DNA of 58,194 nucleotides, the filler included, from Sphacelaria rigidula (lineage: Eukaryota): assembly GCA_964200075.2 (NCBI GenBank). It is 7 parts of 7 records of this genome, joined end to end, with 100 filler letters (N's around TTAATTAATTAA, not from the genome) between each part and the next. Parts side by side here need not be neighbours in the genome. Positions count along the whole stretch, not along the records: positions 49,969 to 58,194 come from CAXNAA020011854.1; 6 more parts are not named here. One strand, given 5' to 3'. The first letter of the stretch is position 1. Every line of letters starts with the position of its first letter. The notes under the pieces were generated by a model. That model made no database searches, was not told the origin of the DNA, and saw nothing but the letters and a program-made list of their open reading frames with translations. The translations under genes and the position numbers were made by a program. Below, in pieces: positions 51,329 through 58,194 of this stretch.

Positions 51329-52479
51329 ATTGCGTCTACGAGGAATCGAATCCGCATCCTCCCAACCTAATCAGTGTCGGTTGTATAAGTTAGACTACCG
51401 GGGCGCGAGGTCATGCAGTCACGTTACAGTGAACATTATGCCGATTCAACAGATAGATGAGCCACCCTGGCGGCCAAACGGTTAAACTCAATTGCACTCT
51501 CGACCGCGGGTCTGAAGGAAAGCCGATGTGATAATTCGAACATGTTCGCTGTTTCGGAGCTGAACCTCACTTTTTGGGTTGGACCTAATTTTCGAAGATA
51601 CTGTTTCCCTTGCAAGACGAGGCGGGCTATCGAGAGACACGTGAAAAAGAAAATATGCAAATAAGGCTCGAGCTTTTCCAGAAAAACACCATATTTGGCA
51701 TTTACCCTTACAGTGCCCAGCCATCCAAGTGTGACTCTTGTTGTCGGAATATTTGTTGTACTGCAATGAGACACACGATGCCTATATGGAAACAGGCGGG
51801 TCTGAGTCCACCGGATCGTTGCCACGCACAAATCCGTGCCCTGGTCGGCACAGCTAGTAAAGCGCAGGATACGGAGCAATCTTTGCGGACTACGGAGGGG
51901 TTGCGAGTGCAACTATTATACTGAGGCAGTTTTCTGCAGTAACAGCTGCGAGTGTCATGCTCTGTGATACAGGCGCCCCAGTCCAAGCCACCCGCTCAAC
52001 TATGGACGTGGGTTTATACACTTGCCATCCTTGAAAAATGAAGTCTTTTTTTGTGTCTGATTTAGTGTCCGAGGGTCATCAAAAGTGCCATGAACACATA
52101 TAATTGCCATAGTCCATATGTCTGCGGGATTGTCAGACCCCGCCCTCGGAACAGAAAAGCCTTGATTTCTCCAAGAGTTGCCCTTGCGGCGCCCTCAGGT
52201 GGGCACCGACGTCTCAGTCATTTTTCAAGTGAATATGATGTCGATTCAACAGACGGGGGACACGTCTGGGTGGTTAAAGGGTCAAGAACAGATGGTTCAC
52301 TTAAGGACCTCACATTGATTTATATTCAACGTGATTTTCAACAATGCAATTCAGCATCTTCATGATCAAGACATTCAGCCTTGGCTCAATTTCGTGCCAA
52401 GTGTATAGGCTGGCCGCGTCTGCATGCCGTAGCTTGGTTTTAGTGTAGATCGTGCAACTTGAGATTCTTCAAGCGGGGC

Positions 52480-53215
52480 TTTGTCAACTCTGGGCTCGCC
52501 GTGAGTGTTTTGACCGTTACGGCCTGCCAATGCACACTAAGGTACTTCCGTCCAGGATGCATGGCTGGCTAGAGAAACATAAATTCTGCAATGCACCTGC
52601 AGTTCACGTGGCAACAGATATCCGTCTTTCTCCAGAACGAACACTCCGTACGCATACGAACAACTGATCATTACCCGTTGCTCTGCCCACGACCCATGCC
52701 TTTTGATATGCGAACTCATCATGCGAAAGCTTCATGAGCAGGACAAAAACCTGGATAAGGGATATCGAGCAACAGCAGCAAACGCAGGCGAGGGGGGGTC
52801 ACAACCGAGCCGGATTGTCGCACCCGTGCGCGCGCCGTCACCACCAGGGTCAAAAAGCCCTTCTACGCGACGACCGCTGGGTGGCTTCTTCAGACGAGTC
52901 CAGCGGCAACACGGAGGTGGCGCAGAGAGTTGCGGGAAAGAAAGGGGCGACAGCGGCAGCCCCAACGCGAACACAAAAGCATCAGCAACAAATCAAGACG
53001 GGCACAACAATGGCAGTGCCATGTGGGATCGCTGTGGTGATAGCCAGGACGGGAGCTGCTGCCGACGTGACGAAGAATATTTCCGGCGGCCCCCGACACC
53101 CACGATAGACGCAAAAGAAGACGATAGGCGTGCGGCGTGTCCAGAAGAGCAATCAGTTCGCCTGGTGGCCGAGTCTTTCGTAAGCACGATTTTTCAGGAT
53201 TGTTCACGAAAGTAG
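52480..53215 (+). pseudogene. Possible decayed 3' end of a TKL-like protein kinase gene
   Basis: GLCQLWARRECFD (subdomain IX-like), then across a frameshift VATDIR/PSFSRTNTPYAYEQLIITRCSAHDP...ELIMRKL (subdomain X-XI-like), running into a low-complexity tail (ORF 52703-53215). Key W and RP residues are missing. Confidence 0.35.
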
Positions 53216-56200
53216 TCACTGCTAGTATGCCTGACGTCCACGAGCCTCGGTATTAAAGTCGCTTACTATTGTACTGTGGGACGCTGACATTTCGAGGGGG
53301 GTTGTGGACTCGTTGCACTTAGTAATCGCCCAGGACATCGCAGCACTGGGAAATACGGACTACTGTTCTCTACTGGCGTGAAGACGCCGAAGTACATTTT
53401 CATGTTGGGGGGGTAACGACTTGGTATTCGAGCCCTCTAGCCGGGTACACACAACCTTCACACAGATACTGAAGTGGGCGTGGGCGTACCGGTCGTGCTG
53501 CGCGATACATGGACACGGAACTAGTGTTGATTTCGAAGAGAAGGCTTGGCGATCACCCGGTGTGAAAATATTAGAGAAAAAAAAAGGTCAGATTGTACTC
53601 GATCAAGCGTTCACTTTTTGGGAAAAGCAAGAAGCTGCCGCTGCTGCCTCTCGTGGAGAGCTTCGCAAAAGCTGTACGACTGAAACTTTCTCCGAAAAGC
53701 ACCCCCCCCCCCCCCCCCAAAAAAACCAGCACAACAACGTGTTTACAGCACACCATTTTGAGGCGGTAGCAAATGGATTTCTACTGGAGTTTCGCCAGAC
53801 CTTTTCAAGTTTTCCCGCATTATCGGGGGCCCCCAAGGGGGGCGGGGGGGACTACGCATGAGTTGCTTGCCTTACTCGTTTGACTATTGACCACGCATCC
53901 CTTTCGAGACGGAGCAAGCATATGATGGTGGTGGTGCTTCCCGACCTACAACTGGCAGGGTCCCTCGGGTTCTCTGCGGTGCCTCGTATGCTGGGGAATC
54001 ATACTCCAAGCCCTTCGTTTAGAATGCTCCAAACATGCGGCAGTCGTGTACTCCAGATGATCGAGCGTACCCTGTACTGAAAATAATTCGGGAACCCAGA
54101 GTGCGTGGACAGCCGTGCTCTATCCTGAGCACCGTTGGCAACAGCCGACATTCAAAACTTCGTCGAAGTTATATTTGTTGTCAAAAAACGAATACAGCGA
54201 CGAACTCAAGTTGAAGCCATCCATGTCGCGGTGTTGTGGAAACAAACGCACCAAGGGCGTGTTGGGTGGGGCATTTCCTACATTTGGATATTTTGAAAAT
54301 CATTCTCCAGCTACCCAGAACTTGGGTAGATTACTGCAATCGCACCAAACTCTGCTCAAAGTTTGTGTAGAGTTCGGAGATCGGACCATCGCAAGGCAGA
54401 ATTCGCGAGAGTAAATACCCGGGTTTTTACCCTATCCAACACACCCTTCAAATGCACTAAGCACATGACCACTGCGTACGTCGCAGAGCGCTGGACTCCC
54501 CCCCGCTCCACACGTCTTAGCCATATGTTCACGTCATATCAAACACCATAGTTTATCCTCCAAAAGTCATTCAGCGGCCACTTATCGTGATCGCGTCTTG
54601 GAGTTAACTTGAATCGTGTTTCACCGCACACAAGAGGTATGACAACAATCGTCAACAGCACGGGCAAAAGCGCTGGCGCCATGCGTCACATAATCATCTT
54701 TGCAACCACAAACACATGTGCGCAGCAGGTCCTGACCAGGTGTGCGGCGAGCCCACAACAAACGTCTCTCTGGCAATGCCGTACAGCAGCTACCTTTCAA
54801 AAGCCCAAGACTCGCATTCATTACGGCCTCCCTTTTTTCCTGCCAACACTCTTATCCGTGTCGGCAGACGCCGACGGGCACATCCAGCCTAACTTACTAC
54901 CGCGAACGCACACACCCTGTAACGAGCACCACAGGTTCACCACGCACCGTGTCCATACAATGCGACTCGGCAGGGCAAATATGAAAACAGCCAAATTTAC
55001 AGAGGTGTGGCTGCCCGAAGAGGAATATCTTCAAGAGAAGAATCATCTACCTACCCCACGATGCAAATTGCGTGTTCAGTCAAGACCAGGATACAGACAA
55101 CACAAGAGAGTTCTTATAATTTTCCGCATCTAACGAACGTCTTGGCGATCTTTCCCTTCTTCTCAAGCAGAGAGTACGTACCCAAGCGCGGCAAGATGGT
55201 CATTACCGGCTTGGCAAGACCCCTCCCCCGACCCCGTTAGTGAAGCGAGACGACATCGAACGAACTCAGTCAGCCTTGAAAGCGGGGGGAATCATACGCG
55301 TACGCAGTGATAAATTGACAGTAAATATATTTGGAAAAATTACTGGCAAGAAAAGTGTGTTCTACAGCGGCCACGGCAGAGGCCTTTGGTAGAATGGCAC
55401 TTGTTGGTACAAGACCCCGTTCATCGGTGAGAAACAGTACGCAAAACATCACAGTCAGAACGCGAGCCCTGTCAAGGACAACACCGTGTGCCAACCGCCT
55501 ATACCGGCCTGCAGACCTTTGGTTTGGTCCCTTGTGCTGACAACGACTTTCTGAGCACCTTGCACGGCTGTGCTCGCGCGACGAAGAGCCGAAACCCACT
55601 CGAGACTAAGCTCAAAACAACATATGGCGAGCGCATCACCGCGTACAGCTCACAACCTTCATCTTACAGAGAGCGTGTCCCCACTACTCTTACTTGTACA
55701 CAGCGGAACACTGACAAAAATACTTTCCCGGAGACCAACAGTAAGTAGGCCTCATCTATCATCGAAAAAAACCCCCCCGGGAAATGTCAACCGACCAGCA
55801 CCAATCACCACCACATCACGACCCGAACTCTCTGTAAGGCACAAAATAAGTAGCGAACACACCAGAGTCATGCACTCGAACGCTGAGTCCGGTGAGTATG
55901 AAGAAAGATCGTCTCTAAAGTATGTCATTTTTTTTCATCATAGCGCCACTTCGGCAAGACTTGCAGCGCCCTCAGAAAGGATTTCCAGCCCACGTTGCCG
56001 GCTTTTGGGACGCCCATATTGACACTTGGCCGGACTATCACAATCACACAAGAAAGCTCTTTCGGGTTCCCTCCAAGAATCAAATAAGCTCCGACTCCCT
56101 GACTTGCATTAGGCGATGCTGGTCCCACCATAAGCAAGGCAGCGTATAAATTCTCTTGGAGAGTGCAGCAAGCATCTCAGAGGCAGCACCTGCCGAGCCT

Positions 56201-56323
56201 CCATTCGGGAGAAAATTGGCGCCGAACCGCCGGAGGCGGCGTTTTTCCTTAGAGATTTTTTTCGTCATACCCACGTGAAGCCGCGAAACCACTCCCAAAT
56301 GCAGGAAAGAAAAAAAACTGAGG

Positions 56324-56539
56324 CTACTTGAACAGTTTACGAGGAGCTGGTCTCGCGCGTCGTCTGGTAGGGGTTGGGGCCACCAGCGAGCCCACGGCTA
56401 TCCGCATGAACAGCAGTAAGCCACCAAACACAAAGCACAAGATGCCTATTCCGCTCATCCAGCGCGAGAGTTTGATGTCCAGCTTGTCCGATTGTTGTCT
56501 CACGTACGCCATGATTTCGTTTACCGTCCCACGTGCTGT
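56324..56539 (-). CDS. Probable terminal exon encoding a C-terminal transmembrane helix (unknown protein)
   Basis: tctcAG acceptor, then 72 codons to TAG: TARGTVNEIMAYVRQQSDKLDIKLSRWMSGIGILCFVFGGLLLFMRIAVGSLVAPTPTRRRARPAPRKLFK*. Hydrophobic helix followed by a basic tail. Confidence 0.45.
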   Translation of the reverse strand, partial: TARGTVNEIMAYVRQQSDKLDIKLSRWMSGIGILCFVFGGLLLFMRIAVGSLVAPTPTRRRARPAPRKLFK

Positions 56540-57669
56540 CTGAGAGACCGTTCCATTTTTTTTGTCGGTTGCACAGAACAACGGCATCAAGAGATGGGGA
56601 AGAACGGGGTTGGTATCAAGTAGGAATGGTGAGGGTTGACGGCTATTCATTTGTGCGTTGCAGTTCTGCTCTCTTCCAATCCCGACAACCATCGTCACCG
56701 GTATGTCACGGGTCAAAACGGTAGATAACAGCCCCCTACGCGCATTTTGGGAGGGCATGAAATGGTTTCAATCGGTAGGAGGGGGGGGGGGGGGGGGGAA
56801 AAAAGTTTGTTTATTGCATTAAAAAATTTANNNNNNNNNNTTTTTTTTTCTTTTTTTTGTGTTTTTTTGTGGTTTTGTGTTTTGTTTTGTGTGGGGGGGG
56901 GTGGGGGGGGTTGTTTTTGCGTACTCATTTGTTGCTTGCCTTAGTCATTTGACTAATGACCACGTATCCCTTCCGAGACGGAGGGGGGAAGAGGTGATAA
57001 AACTTTAGTGTAAGACATGGCGGTCTTGGTGATACCTTCCTCATCTCCATCGTTATTCGTACACTCTACTGGCCTAAACGTCAGATAACATCCCCAGAGA
57101 TGAAGAAGAGGGGCTCATTAATCATCAGGGTTGTGTGTGGACATTCTCGTGATACGTTTCGCGTCTCCAAAGGCATCGTCGTCCGTACGGTACAGGTCGA
57201 ATGGTTGATAACACCCCCCGTAAGACCATGGACGGGAGGGGATGGACTTATTTTGTTCCCTCGGTCGGGGCTTTTCCCTTTTCTCCACCAATTTTTTTTT
57301 TCATCTTTCACTTTTAAAAAGCCACCTCTATTACGGTCGGAGTCACCGACATCACTCTCCAATAGGGAAAAATTGTAGATATGAGTGAAAAGCAACGTTG
57401 ATGAAGTTGTATTTAGCTATAATAGAGGTTGCATGGCGAGGCAGTAGAAGGGATAATCACTCATGTCTATCTTTTATCTGATAAAACATGTAATATGTTG
57501 AACCGTGATGAACAAAAAGTGGTCCATTTGATCGTATATTCGTCCCCGGGGATTCATTTTTTGTGGATGACAATAGATACAACTGCGAAATCATGGGAAA
57601 CGTCACTAGCATGCATAGTATCCCCCCACTCTCGTCCTGGAAGGTTTGGCGTCGGTTGGCAAGACGCTG

Positions 57670-58194
57670 TAGAACACGCCACTCACTGCGCAAGCTAGGC
57701 AACCACGTTACCGTTTTTTTCACGCTCGCATTTTTTCGCGGTAACTATGACGGTCGAGTTGGATCACAATGTGTGGGGTGAGAACCTCAACTCCGAGCAA
57801 AGGGGCTGGCCGTATTAGGCAGTATTCAATGGTGAGACACCCTTGAGGCGGTGTAACCCGTGGCTGTCTCTGGAAGTGGCGATATAAAAAAATGAAGCAC
57901 CTCATTCGAGGCTGGTCATCCATATGCAAGATAACTAGCACGGTTCGGGCCGACCAACCTCAACCAGGATGCAGATCACCCCTCATCGACTCGCCGCACA
58001 CATCACTGGGGCTTCGCGCTTGTGATTGATTGCGAGCCTTGTCCGGCGAAAACTCGGCGTGCTTCGTCTCCACTTTTAAGGGATGTGAGGTCAACGGTCT
58101 TACAACCATGACATACAAGATAACGAATACACCCCCCTCCTGGTCCGGCGAGAACCCGGCGTGCTCCGTCCCGGCTTTGTAGGGGCGGACCCCC
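57670..58194. repeat. High-copy non-coding interspersed repeat (G/C-tract family), internally tandem
   Basis: Homologous to 41150-41510. The module gtccggcgaaaactcggcgtgct occurs twice (~58041, ~58143), separated by ...aatacacccccctcc. Confidence 0.8.

Overview
Eukaryotic, repeat-rich sequence, most consistent with a brown alga (Phaeophyceae), an inference from the EsV-1-7 repeat genes, long introns and TE types. The window is not one locus. It is seven ~8.23-kb contigs in decreasing length order (1-8229, 8330-16558, 16659-24886, 24987-33214, 33315-41542, 41643-49868, 49969-58194) joined by 100-nt artificial linkers (44 N + TTAATTAATTAA + 44 N), so nothing across a linker is biologically adjacent. 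Coding content: (i) two exons of a sedolisin/S53 (TPP1-like) peptidase separated by a 5.07-kb intron; (ii) an intact, intronless 654-aa protein built from ~14.5 tandem 38-aa C-x4-C-x16-C-x2-H (EsV-1-7-type) repeats plus a basic tail; (iii) a decayed paralogue with ~16 repeats; (iv) a probable terminal exon with a TM helix and a possible kinase remnant. Mobile content: a TSD-flanked hAT-type non-autonomous element, two GAC...GTC MITEs with 4-bp TSDs, other MITEs and a foldback, tRNA-headed SINEs, a LINE RT remnant, a Gypsy integrase-chromodomain remnant, and a high-copy G/C-tract repeat found at most assembly breaks. The most interesting signal is the EsV-1-7 arrays. They look like modular zinc-finger arrays with variation concentrated at fixed positions and a shared tail of basic patches plus two psi-K-x-E motifs, which suggests a KRAB-ZFP/PRDM9-like modular nucleic-acid recognition system (hypothesis).
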